From an uncultured delta proteobacterium (GTDB taxonomy: Bacteria > Myxococcota_A > Polyangia > Polyangiales > JAFGIB01): DNA of 64,000 nucleotides. The stretch covers positions 736,001-800,000 of the forward strand of contig CAVZVA010000005.1 of NCBI GenBank assembly GCA_963778655.1. The letters run 5' to 3'. This document shows, in pieces, positions 20,608 through 32,272 of the stretch; the first letter of the stretch is position 1; each line of letters opens with the position of its first letter. The notes under the pieces were generated by a model. The model was not told the DNA's origin, made no database searches, and was given only the letters and a program-made list of their open reading frames with translations. Position numbers and translations under genes: made by a program.

Positions 20608-23325
20608 TCAGCGCGCCGTGCCGCGGCCGGGCAGGCGCACGCGTCGCAGTAACAGGTCGACCAGGAACAACGCCAGTGCCGCCAGCACCAGCTCGGGCCA
20701 CAGCTCCCGCTGCGCGACCACCCGCTCGTCCGCGGGGTCGAACAGGTCGGCGGCGACGTCGAGCGCGCGGCCGCCGGTTAGCGCCGACGCGCGCTCGAGC
20801 AGCGCCCGATCGGGCTCGCGGGCGGCCAGCTCCGCAGGGTAGGGGTGGCTCACCTGAGCCTGGCTATGCGCAACCACGTGCCCGTCGCGCCGGTGCACCG
20901 CCTGCAACGCGAACGAGCCGTAGCGCTCGAGCCGCACCCGCGCTTCGTAGCGCCCCGGCGCGCGCTGCGACAGGGCGACGGTCTTGCGCATCCGACCCTG
21001 CGTGGTCTCCATCGGCCCCTCCAGCGTCACGCTCGAATCGAGCCCGTTGAGGAAGCGATCGTCGGCGCCAATCGCGTCGACCGAGATGTGCAGCTCGTCG
21101 CCGTCCAGCGCCACCTGCATCGGGAGCTCGTCGTGACGCCGCTCGCGCATGTGCTCGCGCACGAGCTGGCCGAACAGCGACGGCAGCTGGCGCCAGCGCA
21201 GCAGGTCCGCGGCCCAGCGCGGCTTCAAATCCGAGGTCCACGCCAGCACCCAGCCCAGCCCGACGCGCCAGCGCGCGAGGATCGGCTCGGACAGCTCGCT
21301 CTGCAGCACCACCTGTGCCGGCCGCGGCTTGGCCCGCGTCGCGATGTAGCCCCGCAGCATCGGCGCGTGCTCGATGTCGATGCCGCGCAGGAAGTCGGCC
21401 GGCTCCTCCACGCGCATCCGCACCAGGTCTTCGACCGCGCTGTTCTGTCCCACCGTGGTAGTCTCGCGCACGAAGATGCGCGGCACGTTGTGCGGGTCGT
21501 TGGTGAAGTACGCCCGTCCGCCGCCGAGGCTCGCGGCTTGCTGCAAGAGACCGCGGTTCACGTCGCCGCCCAGACCGACGGCCGACACGGTGATGCCCTC
21601 GGCGCGCATCGCCTGCACCAGATCGGAGATGCCCGACTCCTGGGTCTGCCCATCGGTCAGCAAGATCACGTGCTTGACCCGCGCGGTGGTGGCCAGCAGG
21701 TCCTGAAACGCCATGTCGAGCGCGGGAAAGATCGCGGTGCCGCCCTGGGCGGTCAGGCGCGCGATGTTCTGCCCGATGCGCAGATGATTGCGCGCGCTCT
21801 GCATTCGCACCATGCGCTCGGGCTCGCTCGAAAACCCGATCACTGCCATCGCGTCGTCGGGACCGAGCAGGTCGGCTGCGGCCCGGGCCGCGTCCTTGGC
21901 CAGCTCGATCTTCTGCCCGGACATCGAGCCGCTGCAGTCGATCACCAGCGCCAGCGCCAGCGACTGCTCCTGATTGCGCCGCTCCGAATCCATCGAGACC
22001 GGCAGCAGGCTCTCCATGCGCGTGCCCTGATAGCCGCCCAGGCCGTAGCTCTGCGCGCCGCCTGCGAACAACAGGCCGCCACCCAAATCGCGCACGTAGC
22101 GCTCGATCACGTCCATCTGATCGGGCGAGATGCGATCGGCGGGCACGTCCGAGAGGATGAAGAAGTCGTAGCGCCCGAGCTCGGCCAGGCTGCGCGGCAG
22201 GGCCGCGGCCGAGCGCAGGTCGACCTCGTAGTCGGCGATGCTCAGCGCCTCGGCCAGCGCTTGCAGCCGGCCCGGGTCGGAATCCACCAGCAGCACACTC
22301 GGTCGGCCCGGCACCACCGCGGTCGCGCTGACCGCGTTGTTGTCGGCGAAGCGGTCGGGGCCGCTCGGCTCCACGCTGAGCTTGTAGGCGACCTCGCCGG
22401 CGGTGCGCACGATCGAGCTGAAGGTGAGCGGATTGTCGCCGGGCACCAGATCGACGTCGCGCACGCCGTCCAGCCCGTTGAGCAGCTTGTCCTGATACAG
22501 GCGCACCCGCGCACGGGTCTTGTAGCTGGCGAAAACCTCGGCGTGCAGGTCGAAGCTCTCGCCGACCGCGATGTGGGCCGGCAGCGAGAGCGAGCGCGCG
22601 GCGACCTCCTGCGGCGGTGCGTTGGACAGCAGGTGATGGTAGATGCGCACGCCCAGGCGCCTGGCGCGCCCGGCTTCGGCCAGCAGGTTGCCGTCGGTCT
22701 GGCGGCCGTCGCTGAGCAGCAGCACGTGCGGCAAGTGCCCGGGTGGGAACAGGCCGTAGGCCAGCTGCAGGGCGGCCTGGATGTCGGTGTGCAGCCCGGG
22801 CGAGGGCTCTCCCGGCCGCGCCGGCGCGGGGCGCTGCAGCGCGAGCGCGTCGGGATCGCGCGGCAAGCGCGCGTGGCGGGCGCGCCCGGCGAACGTGACC
22901 AGCTGCAGGTCGTTGTCGCCGCGCGCGCGCATGGCCCGTTGCGCCAGGGCGCGGGCCTGCGCCAAATCGGAGTCGCTGATCGAGTCCGAGACGTCGACCA
23001 ACATCACGGCGCTCACGCGGGTGGCGTCGTAGCTGCGCGCGGGCCGGGCCAGGCCCAGCGCCAGCAACGCCAGCAGCGCGCTGCGTGCCAGCAACGACAG
23101 CGCGCGTTGCGAAGGCGGCAAGTCGCTCATCGAGCCGGCCGCGCCGAACAGCAGCAACGGCCACAGCGCGAGCGTCGCGAGCATGGGCGGGCTCAGCAGC
23201 TCGTAGCGCGCGCCCAGCAGGTCGAAGGCCAGCCGCTGCGCGGAAAGCGCCTGCGCGATCCAGACCGCCGCGGCCAGGCAGGCCAGGGTGAGGGCGGCGC
23301 CGAGCAAGAGACGCGCGCGGGTCAT
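20608..23325 (-). CDS. Membrane protein with two VWA domains and a GATase1-like domain
   Basis: MIDAS motifs LVDVSDSI..LLSDG and VIDCSGSM..GGT..LLTDG; YDFFILSD..GGGLLFAGG..SYGLGGY..LLPV; N- and C-terminal TMs; ATGA overlap at 23322-23325. Confidence 0.88.
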   Translation of the reverse strand: MTRARLLLGAALTLACLAAAVWIAQALSAQRLAFDLLGARYELLSPPMLATLALWPLLLFGAAGSMSDLPPSQRALSLLARSALLALLALGLARPARSYDATRVSAVMLVDVSDSISDSDLAQARALAQRAMRARGDNDLQLVTFAGRARHARLPRDPDALALQRPAPARPGEPSPGLHTDIQAALQLAYGLFPPGHLPHVLLLSDGRQTDGNLLAEAGRARRLGVRIYHHLLSNAPPQEVAARSLSLPAHIAVGESFDLHAEVFASYKTRARVRLYQDKLLNGLDGVRDVDLVPGDNPLTFSSIVRTAGEVAYKLSVEPSGPDRFADNNAVSATAVVPGRPSVLLVDSDPGRLQALAEALSIADYEVDLRSAAALPRSLAELGRYDFFILSDVPADRISPDQMDVIERYVRDLGGGLLFAGGAQSYGLGGYQGTRMESLLPVSMDSERRNQEQSLALALVIDCSGSMSGQKIELAKDAARAAADLLGPDDAMAVIGFSSEPERMVRMQSARNHLRIGQNIARLTAQGGTAIFPALDMAFQDLLATTARVKHVILLTDGQTQESGISDLVQAMRAEGITVSAVGLGGDVNRGLLQQAASLGGGRAYFTNDPHNVPRIFVRETTTVGQNSAVEDLVRMRVEEPADFLRGIDIEHAPMLRGYIATRAKPRPAQVVLQSELSEPILARWRVGLGWVLAWTSDLKPRWAADLLRWRQLPSLFGQLVREHMRERRHDELPMQVALDGDELHISVDAIGADDRFLNGLDSSVTLEGPMETTQGRMRKTVALSQRAPGRYEARVRLERYGSFALQAVHRRDGHVVAHSQAQVSHPYPAELAAREPDRALLERASALTGGRALDVAADLFDPADERVVAQRELWPELVLAALALFLVDLLLRRVRLPGRGTAR

Positions 23326-25193
23326 ACGGTCAAGCGCCTGTTGTAGGTGACCCACTCGGCGGTCAGCAGCAGCAGCGCCGCCAGCAGCAGCCACACCCAC
23401 GGCGGGCGCGCCGGGGCCGGTAGGGCCGGGCGCGGTCGTGGCGCGGCCCGGCCCTCGATGCGCAGGCGCGGCCGCGGGCGCAGGTCGCGCGGCAGCTCGG
23501 GGCCGAGGTTGACGGCCAGCACTTGCTCGCCCGCAGGCCAGCGCACGCGGTAGAAGCCCGCGCGCAGCGGGGTGAGCACCAGCTTGCCTTCGCGCAGGGT
23601 GTGCGGCACGGGCCCGCTCGGGCCGCGCACCTGCACGTGGCTCGCGTTTTCGGGCAGCGCCACGCTCACGGTCTGGCCCACGTCGCTCGACGAGAGGTAG
23701 CCGCCCTCGGGGCCGGAGAACCAGTCGAGGGTGTTGAGCAAGAGCAGCGGCCAGGCGACGCGCAGCGGCAGATCGCTCTGGCGCAGATCGAAGGCGAGCG
23801 CGACGAAGCGCCGGCCGGCGCGCGCGCCGGCGACGATCAGAGGCCCGCGTTTGTCCGCAGCGACCACCGTGTCGCCGGGCTGGGGCAACATGCGCAGCGC
23901 GCTGGCGACGTTGACATCGTGCAGCGCGGTGAAGCGCAGCAGCGGATGCTCGCGCTGCAGGTGCTCGAACGCGGGGCGCTCGATCGTGCCGTCCAGCTTG
24001 AGCGGCGCGGCGCCGCCGCCGCTGGGGTCGATGTAGAGCGCTGGCGCTTCGGGCGCGACGGGCGGCAGCCAGCGATCGAAGATCACCGCGTCGTAGCCCG
24101 CGGCCGAGCTATAGGCGCCGGGCGCGATCAGGTCGACGTCGAGATACTCGTCGAGCAACAGCGCGGCTTCCAGGTAGCGGTTGCCGGCGCTGACCGCGAG
24201 CACGCGCACGCGGCGCTGCTCCGGCAACACGGCGTAGGCGCGGTCATCGGCGGCCAAGTCGTCGCTGCCGGCCGCGGCCGAGAGCCGGGCCTCGAGCGTG
24301 TGGCTGACCCCGGTCACGTCGTCGTAGACGCGGCGCACGCTGCGGCCGGGCTCGAGTGTGACCGGCTGGACGTCGATCGGGACGCCGTCGCCCAGCAGCG
24401 TGAGCTTGGCCGTGCGGCGGTGGGGACTGGCGTTGAACAGCTCGACCAGCAGCTCGCTGCGATGCTTGTCCAGCGGGTAGCGGCGCACGGCGAAGGCGGC
24501 GATGCCGAGATCCTCGCTGCGCCGGCCGAACGGCAGGTAGCTCAGGCGCACGCCCGAGCGCGCGAGGTCCGCAGCCAGCTCGGGGTCGGGATCGGCGGCG
24601 TGATCGGAGAGTACGACGATCTCGGCGCGGCCGCGCCCGCGCAGCACGTCGAGCGCGAAGCGGTAGGCGCGCTGATAGTCGGTGGGCAGGTCGGTCGGGC
24701 TGATGCGCGCAAGCGCGGTCTCGAGCGCGCGCGGCTCCGCGCTCATCGCCGAGAGCGGCGTGGTGCTCTGGTCCATCTGGGCGACCAGCGCGTGCAGATT
24801 CGCGCCCGCCCCCTGCACCAGCGTGCGCGCCCGCTCGATCGCCGCCTGCAGGCGGTTCGGCCGCACATCGTGCGCCTGCATGCTCAGACCGGCGTCGATC
24901 AGCACGACCAGGTTGCGCGTGGAGGCCGCCTCCGCGCGCGGTCGTGGATCGCCGAGCGCGAGCGCGAGCAAGCTCACGATCAACAGCGCCAACAGCAGGG
25001 AGAGCACGTGCCGCAGGCGAGCGAACAGGCGGTTCGCCCTGCCCGGGGCGAGCAGGCTCTCCCACAGCGCGATGAAGGGCACCACCACCGCGCGGCGTCG
25101 TAGCTTGAGCAGATACAGCGCCGTGGTGAGCGCCCACACGGCCCCCAGCAGGGCGAGCAACTGCGCAAGCCCGAGCCCGGCGAGCTGCATCAA
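23322..25193 (-). CDS. BatA-domain / VWA membrane protein
   Basis: N-terminal LYLLKLRRRAVVVPFIALW BatA pattern with two TMs, VWA LIDAGLSM, SDLPLRVAWPLLLLN, C-terminal TM ending EW. Confidence 0.85.
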   Translation of the reverse strand: MMQLAGLGLAQLLALLGAVWALTTALYLLKLRRRAVVVPFIALWESLLAPGRANRLFARLRHVLSLLLALLIVSLLALALGDPRPRAEAASTRNLVVLIDAGLSMQAHDVRPNRLQAAIERARTLVQGAGANLHALVAQMDQSTTPLSAMSAEPRALETALARISPTDLPTDYQRAYRFALDVLRGRGRAEIVVLSDHAADPDPELAADLARSGVRLSYLPFGRRSEDLGIAAFAVRRYPLDKHRSELLVELFNASPHRRTAKLTLLGDGVPIDVQPVTLEPGRSVRRVYDDVTGVSHTLEARLSAAAGSDDLAADDRAYAVLPEQRRVRVLAVSAGNRYLEAALLLDEYLDVDLIAPGAYSSAAGYDAVIFDRWLPPVAPEAPALYIDPSGGGAAPLKLDGTIERPAFEHLQREHPLLRFTALHDVNVASALRMLPQPGDTVVAADKRGPLIVAGARAGRRFVALAFDLRQSDLPLRVAWPLLLLNTLDWFSGPEGGYLSSSDVGQTVSVALPENASHVQVRGPSGPVPHTLREGKLVLTPLRAGFYRVRWPAGEQVLAVNLGPELPRDLRPRPRLRIEGRAAPRPRPALPAPARPPWVWLLLAALLLLTAEWVTYNRRLTV

Positions 25194-26122
25194 GCCACCA
25201 GGCCTCCGCGCAACAGGCGCAGCATGGCCTGGTCGGGCGGGATGCGCGTGTCGAGCGAGAACAGGCTGACGCGGTGCTGTACGCAGAACGCCTCGATCCG
25301 CGCCAGGTATGCGGCGTGCGCGCGGGCATAGCGCGCGAGCAGGCGCGGGGTGACGGTGACCTGGCGGCTGCCGCCGCTCTCGGCGTCGACCAGCTCGAGC
25401 TCGCCATGCAGCGGCGGCGTGGCCTCGGCCGCATCGACCAGGTGCAGCACGTGGGCCTCGAAACGCGCGTAGCGCAGCCGATTGATACCGGCCTCGAAGC
25501 CGGCCGGGTCGTACAGGTCGCTGACCAAGATCGCCACCCCACGGCGCTTGTTCTGGGCGACGAAGGCGCCGATCGCGTCGGTCAGGTTGGTGCCGCCGTC
25601 GGCTTTGAGCGGGCGCAGGAAGTCGAACACGGTGAAGATGCGGTTGCGCCCCCGGGTCGGCGCCAGGCGCGTGACCACCTGGTCGCGCAGCGCCGTGATC
25701 GAGACCCGGTCCAGGTGGTTGAGCGCGACGTAGGCGAGGGCGGCGCAGAGCTGCTTGCCGTAGTCGAGCTTGCGCGGGCTGCCGAAAGCCATCGAGCCCG
25801 AACAGTCGAGCAGCAGGTAGACGGAGAGGTCCTCCTCCTGCTCCTGCAGCCGCAGCATCAGGCGATCGATGCGGCCGTAGACGTTCCAGTCTACCTGGCG
25901 GTAGTCGTCGCCGGCGTAGTACTCGCGGTAGTCCGCGAACTCCACCCCGGCGCCGGCCTTGCGCGAGCGGCGCTCTGCGCGCGAGCGGCCGCTGAAGACG
26001 CGGCGCGAGACCAGCGCCAGGTACTCCAGCCGCTTCTGGAAGGCCTCGTCGAACAGCTCCACCTCGCCCGCCGCGGCCTGTGCGGGTGCTGAGCGGGCCG
26101 TGCTCTTGAACGGCCAGCGCAT
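25190..26122 (-). CDS. DUF58 domain protein
   Basis: GVEFADYREYYAGDDYRQVDWNVYGR, LLDCSGSM, VSDLYD. Confidence 0.93.
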   Translation of the reverse strand: MRWPFKSTARSAPAQAAAGEVELFDEAFQKRLEYLALVSRRVFSGRSRAERRSRKAGAGVEFADYREYYAGDDYRQVDWNVYGRIDRLMLRLQEQEEDLSVYLLLDCSGSMAFGSPRKLDYGKQLCAALAYVALNHLDRVSITALRDQVVTRLAPTRGRNRIFTVFDFLRPLKADGGTNLTDAIGAFVAQNKRRGVAILVSDLYDPAGFEAGINRLRYARFEAHVLHLVDAAEATPPLHGELELVDAESGGSRQVTVTPRLLARYARAHAAYLARIEAFCVQHRVSLFSLDTRIPPDQAMLRLLRGGLVA

Positions 26123-26123
26123 G

Positions 26124-27148
<1,025 letters not shown>

Positions 27149-27152
<4 letters not shown>

Positions 27153-29053
27153 GGGTTTTCCTCGCGAGGTCTGATCAGCTGGAAGTAGCGTCGCACGTAG
27201 AATCGATAGCCGCCCGGAATCTTGTCGCGCTCGAGCACGGCCTCGGCGTGGCGCTCGTAATCGGCGTGCACGCGCCGGTAGCTCTCCGACACGAAGCCGT
27301 GCTGGCCGGCCTCGCGGATCACCTCGCTGCGCGTCGGGCCTTCGCCCTCGACGCCCGCGACCCGCGTGTCCACGTGGCTCGAGTCCAGACGCGTGGGCGC
27401 ACCCTGCTCGGGGCGGCCGCCCCGGCCGGCCGCCGGCCCCGCGTTGCGTTGCGCCTCCTGCAGCAGCTGCGCGTCGCCGCCGCGCGCGCCCGGCACGATC
27501 AGCGTGGCGCCGGGCTCGCCCCCGCCTTGCCCCGGCATCAGCAGCTTGCCGTGCTGCTTGCCTTCCCCACCGGCTTTGGGCTGCTCGCCGCGCGCGTCGC
27601 GCGCAAAACGCTGCAGGCTGAGCGCGCCTTTGCCGCGCTGCCCGGGCCGCCCCGCGCCCGCCTGCTGCTGCTGGCGCTGCTTGCTGATCAGCTCGCGCAG
27701 CTCCTGCACCCGCTCGCGCAGCCTCCGCCGCTGCTCCGCGGAGCGCTGCGCGTGCTGGGCCTGTCCGAGCGACTGCGCGCCCTGTTGCAGGTGCCCGGCT
27801 GCGGCCTGCCTGCTGCCCGAACCGAGCGAGCCGCCGGCGGAGCCGAGCTCGCGCCGCAGCGCGTCGAGCTGGCGCTCGGCCTGCTCGCGCTGCTGCTGCT
27901 CGCGCCTGAGCCGATCCAGCTCGCGCTGCTTCTTCTGCAGCAGCCGCCGCTCCTGCTCGCTCTGGGGATTCGCCGCGTCGCGCTTCTTCTTGAGCAGCCG
28001 ATCGAGCTGCGCGCGCGCCCGCTGCAGCCGCTCGCTCTGGGCGTCGTGATCGCGCTGTGCCGCGCGCGCTAGCGCCCGTTCGAGCTTGCGCGCGGCCTCC
28101 GCCGAGGGCGCGTGCTGGTCGATCGCGTGGGCGAGCTTCTCGAGCTCGTTACGCGCCTGGGCCGCGTCGGCGTCGCGCAACGCGTCGGCCACCGACTGCG
28201 CCAGGCTGTCGCGGCCGAGCGTGCGCCCGAGTGCCTGCAACGCCTCGCGCAGCGCACGCTCGTCGCCGGCAGAGTCGGCGGCTTCCAGCCTGCGCTCGAG
28301 CCCGCGCAGCGCCGCCAGCGCGCGCGCTCGATCGAGCCGGCCGTCGCGCAGCGCCTCGAGCAGCGCGTTGAGCTCGCGCGCCGCCTCGCGGGTGCCGGGG
28401 TCCACCGCCTCGGCGTGCAGGATCGGCGCGATCTCCTGCCGGAACGCCTGCACGTCGTCCTCGTGCAGCAACCGCGGCCGCTGCGCCTGCAGCGTGCGCG
28501 GCGCTGCCGGAACGCGCACCTCCAGCGCCGACAGCGCGAGCACGCCCAGCCCGAGCACGAGCGCCGGCCGCAGCGCGCGCGGCTCGCGCAGCGGCAGCGC
28601 GCGCGCGGGGTCGGCCTGCGCGGCGCGCCCGTGTGCAGCCTGCAGACATGCGCGCATGAAGGGTGTGCGCGCAGCCGGCTCGACCACCGCAAAGGACCAG
28701 GCGCTGGCGATCGGATCCGGCGTGCCGAGCGCGCGGTCGAGCAGGCGCGCCGCGAGCAGCCGCGGCACCGGCCGCAGCGCGCCCAGCGCGAGCCCCAGCA
28801 CGGGTAGCGCCCAGGCCAGCGCGAAGCACACGCGCGCGTCCGCCTGCCAGCCGGTCTTCCGCAGGGCAACACCCAGCGCGGCGCTGGCCAACCCCGCGAT
28901 GCCCAGCGTGGCGCAGGTGCCGAGCGCTCGCTGCACGCGGATGCGCCGTTGCACCGCCCCCAGGGCCCGGGCCAGCGCCGCTTGCGGGGCGCCCTGCGGG
29001 GTCGCCCGCCCGGGGAGCGCGTCCCCGTTGGCGGCGCGCGGGGTGGCGGCCAT
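27149..29053 (-). CDS. Membrane-anchored coiled-coil protein, first gene of the MoxR operon (DUF4175-like tail)
   Basis: Three TMs, long Gln/Arg/Glu helical region, Gly-rich linker, C-terminal IPGGYRFYVRRYFQLIR; ATGA overlap with moxR. Confidence 0.75.
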
Positions 29054-29122
29054 GCCGTTTCAGATCCCATGGATCGGCGTGCCGCGCAACGCAGCGCTCC
29101 GGCGGCACCGCGCGCCGCGCGG

Positions 29123-30349
29123 CTACGCAAACGGCGGCTCGGCGCGCCCGCGGCCGTTGTGCAGGGGCAGCGCGCGCAGGCGTGTCCCGCGCGCGAAGCG
29201 CTCGCGGTCGGCATCCAGCACCACCAGTGCGTCCACCCCGCACATCGACGGCAGCGAGCCCGAGCCTTGCCGCAGGTGCAGCTCGGCCAGCACGCGGCCG
29301 TCCGCGCCCGCGCGTAGCGTCGCGCGTGCAAGCTCGATACGACCTTGGCCGTGTCTGTGATCGTGGCCGAGCTCGACCTCGATCGGCTCCGGGTAGGGCA
29401 GGGCGTGGCCCAGCATGCGGCGCAAGCCCGGTTTGACGAACACCTCGAAGGTCACCATCGCGCTCACCGGATTGCCCGGCAGCCCGACCACCGGCACCCG
29501 GCCCGCGCGCGCGAACATCAGCGGCTTGCCGGGCTTGATCGCGACCTTCCACAGCGCGATCTGCAGCCCCGCGCGCTCGAGCGCACGCCCCACCAGGTCG
29601 TAGTCGCCGACCGACACCCCGCCCACGGACAGCACCACGTCCGCGCGCAGCGCTTGCTGCAGCTTGTCGGCGATGTCCTCCAGTCGGTCGGCTGCGGTCG
29701 GCAGCAGCCACGGCTCGGCGCCGGCCGCGAGCACCTGGGCTGCGAGCGCGTAGGCGTTGGAGTTGACGATCGTGCCCGGCTCGCCGGCCGCGCCAATCTC
29801 GCGCAGCTCGTCGCCGGTGCAGAGGATCGCCACGCGCGGCTTCTGGTACACGCTCACGCTGTGCCGGCCCTGCGCCGCGAGCAGACCGATCTCACCTGGT
29901 CCGAGCTGCTGGCCGCGCGCGAGCGCCCGGCTGCCGCGCGCCAGGTCGGAGCCGCGCCGGCGCAGGTTGGCACCGGCCTGCGGCAGCTGCAGCGCGCGCA
30001 CCCCGCCCGGCTCCACCGCCGCGTGCTCCTGGATCAGCACGCTGTCGCCGCCTGCAGGCATGGGCGCGCCGGTGAAGATGCGCAGCACGGCGCCCGGCTG
30101 CAGCGGCGGGGGCGGCGGGCCCCCGGCGCGCGCCTCGCCCTGCACCGGCAGCAGCGCGCCCTGCGCGAGCTCGGCGTGGCGCACGGCGTAACCGTCCATC
30201 GCGCTGTTGTCGAACGGGGGCAGGTCCACGTCCGCGGTCACGTCCTCGGCCAGCACGCGCCCGGCGGCCTGCAGCAGCGGCAGGCGCGCCACGCCGACCG
30301 GATCGAAGCAAGGGACGATCTCGCGCAGGGCCTCGCCGATGCTTCTCAT
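29123..30349 (-). CDS. moeA: Molybdopterin molybdotransferase MoeA
   Basis: GRVLAEDV..PPFDNSAMDGYAV, RIFTGAPMP, TGDEL, GGVSVGDYD, IKPGKP, GLPGNPVSA. Confidence 0.96.
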   Translation of the reverse strand: MRSIGEALREIVPCFDPVGVARLPLLQAAGRVLAEDVTADVDLPPFDNSAMDGYAVRHAELAQGALLPVQGEARAGGPPPPPLQPGAVLRIFTGAPMPAGGDSVLIQEHAAVEPGGVRALQLPQAGANLRRRGSDLARGSRALARGQQLGPGEIGLLAAQGRHSVSVYQKPRVAILCTGDELREIGAAGEPGTIVNSNAYALAAQVLAAGAEPWLLPTAADRLEDIADKLQQALRADVVLSVGGVSVGDYDLVGRALERAGLQIALWKVAIKPGKPLMFARAGRVPVVGLPGNPVSAMVTFEVFVKPGLRRMLGHALPYPEPIEVELGHDHRHGQGRIELARATLRAGADGRVLAELHLRQGSGSLPSMCGVDALVVLDADRERFARGTRLRALPLHNGRGRAEPPFA

Positions 30350-30363
30350 CAGCAGGATTGTGG

Positions 30364-32184
30364 TCAGTCGCGCGCGGCCTGTCGAGCGTCGAGCTTGGCG
30401 GCTTCCTTGCTCGGCACGTAGAGGATGATGTCCGAGTCGGGGTCGAGCGCGCGCGCGCCGTGCCAGCCGTTGATGCGCGCGATCGAGCCGACCGAGAGGT
30501 CGAAGCGGTCGGCCAGCGAGTCGAGCGTGTCGTTGGGCTGCACGTGGTAGTGGACGCGCACGCGGTCGCGTTGCGCCTCGTGGTAGGCGAAGAACGCGTC
30601 GCTGCCGACGACCAGTGGGCGCACCTGCTCGGGGGTCAGGTACACGGCGTGCTCGAGGTCGGCGCCCGGCGGGACGAACAGCTGCAGCACCATCCCGTAT
30701 TGCAGGTTGGCTTCGGTGGAGATGTTGTTCCACGCGCGTAGCTCGTCCAGGGTCACGTGGAAGAAGCCGGCGATCTGCGCCGGGCTGTCGCCCCCGCGCA
30801 CGCGATAGAAGATGTGCCGCCGGCCCGGGTACGAGAAGCTCTGCTCGGGCACGCCGACCACGGTCGGCTCATCGGCGGCCGGCTTGGCCTCGGGCTCGAC
30901 GTCGGGCACCAGCAGCCGCGTGCCCGGGCGCACCATGTCGTCGTCGCCCAGGTCATTGAGCGCGCGCAGCTTGCGCTCGGTCGTCCCGTACATCTCGGCG
31001 ACGTCGCGCATGCGCTCGCCGAACAGCAGCACGTGGAAGGCGTGGCTCGGCGGTCGCGGCTGCAGGGAGGCGTAGCGGCGCAGGAAGCGCTGGGCCTTGT
31101 CGCTGGGCAGGCGCAGGCCCCAGGTCTTGACGTCCGGCGGGACGCGCTTGCGACGCAGCTCGGGATTGAGCTCCTGCAGCGCGTCGAGCGACATCGAGGC
31201 GGCGCTGGCGAGCCGCGCCAGGCTGGTGCCGCCCGGCACCTGCACCGTGCGCAGGTCGAGCGGCGGCTCCTTCTGCACGTCGCCCAGCCCGAAGCGCTCG
31301 GGGTTGTGGGCCACCACGGCGCACGCCATCACCTTGGCCACGTAGGCGATGGTCTCGTACGGCATGCCGGCCTCCAGCCGCGAGAGCAGCCACAGGTCGT
31401 TGGTGTTGTACTTGCGTACCGAGCGCAGCAGCGCGCCGTAGCCCATGTTGAACGCTGCCAGGCTGAGCGGCCACGAGCCGAGCTTGTCGTGCAGGTCCTT
31501 GAGGTACTGCAAGGCGGCGTGGGTTGAGCGCTCAGGGCTCTTGCGCTCGTCCAGCCAGCGGTTCCGCTCCAGCCCGTACTCGCGCGCGGTGCTCGGCACC
31601 AGCTGCCACAGCCCGACCGCGCCCGCTGGCGAGGCCGCCTCCGGATCGAAGCCGCTCTCCACCATTGCCACGTAGAGCAGGTCTTGCGGCAGGCCCAAGC
31701 GCTTGAGCTCTCGCCGGATCAGCGGCTCGTAGCGGCCGGAGCGCTCCAGCCAGCCGCGCATGTGCGCGCGCCCGCGCGCATCGTCGCGGTAGTAGGTCAG
31801 CATCTGCAGCAGCTGCTCGTGCCAGCGCACCGGAATGTCGGGCAGCGCGATGCCCTGCAGCCATTCGACGTCGGGCGCGGGCTTCCGCGCGGGCGCTGGG
31901 GGAGGCGCGTCCGAGCTGAGCGCGGGTGGCGTTACCTCCAGCTGAAGCGGAGGCGCATCGCCCGAGTCCTGATCGTCTCCGGCTTGATCGCGCAGCAAGC
32001 TGGCCGCCAGCAGATCGAGATCCGCGCGGGCCGCGGCAATGGCGGCGGCGGCCTCCGGCGTCTGCACCGCGGCCGGCGGCGGCGGCGCGTCGCGATTGCC
32101 ATCGTCGACGTCGGCGTCGCGGGCAAAGGCAGCCGGGGGTGCCAGCAGTCCGAGGACGCACCCGAGCGCAGCAAGACGGCGCAT
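30364..32184 (-). CDS. mltD: MltD-like lytic transglycosylase with LysM repeats
   Basis: Signal peptide; AMVESGF (catalytic Glu), GAVGLWQL, AAFNMG, ETIAYV; several LysM repeats. Confidence 0.88.
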   Translation of the reverse strand: MRRLAALGCVLGLLAPPAAFARDADVDDGNRDAPPPPAAVQTPEAAAAIAAARADLDLLAASLLRDQAGDDQDSGDAPPLQLEVTPPALSSDAPPPAPARKPAPDVEWLQGIALPDIPVRWHEQLLQMLTYYRDDARGRAHMRGWLERSGRYEPLIRRELKRLGLPQDLLYVAMVESGFDPEAASPAGAVGLWQLVPSTAREYGLERNRWLDERKSPERSTHAALQYLKDLHDKLGSWPLSLAAFNMGYGALLRSVRKYNTNDLWLLSRLEAGMPYETIAYVAKVMACAVVAHNPERFGLGDVQKEPPLDLRTVQVPGGTSLARLASAASMSLDALQELNPELRRKRVPPDVKTWGLRLPSDKAQRFLRRYASLQPRPPSHAFHVLLFGERMRDVAEMYGTTERKLRALNDLGDDDMVRPGTRLLVPDVEPEAKPAADEPTVVGVPEQSFSYPGRRHIFYRVRGGDSPAQIAGFFHVTLDELRAWNNISTEANLQYGMVLQLFVPPGADLEHAVYLTPEQVRPLVVGSDAFFAYHEAQRDRVRVHYHVQPNDTLDSLADRFDLSVGSIARINGWHGARALDPDSDIILYVPSKEAAKLDARQAARD

Positions 32185-32272
32185 GGGCCGGAGCGTAGCG
32201 GCGACGCCGCGCTTGGTGCCAGAAACCTGGTCAAGCCGCGGTCATTCGCTCTACCCTGGGAGCCGTCGGAGC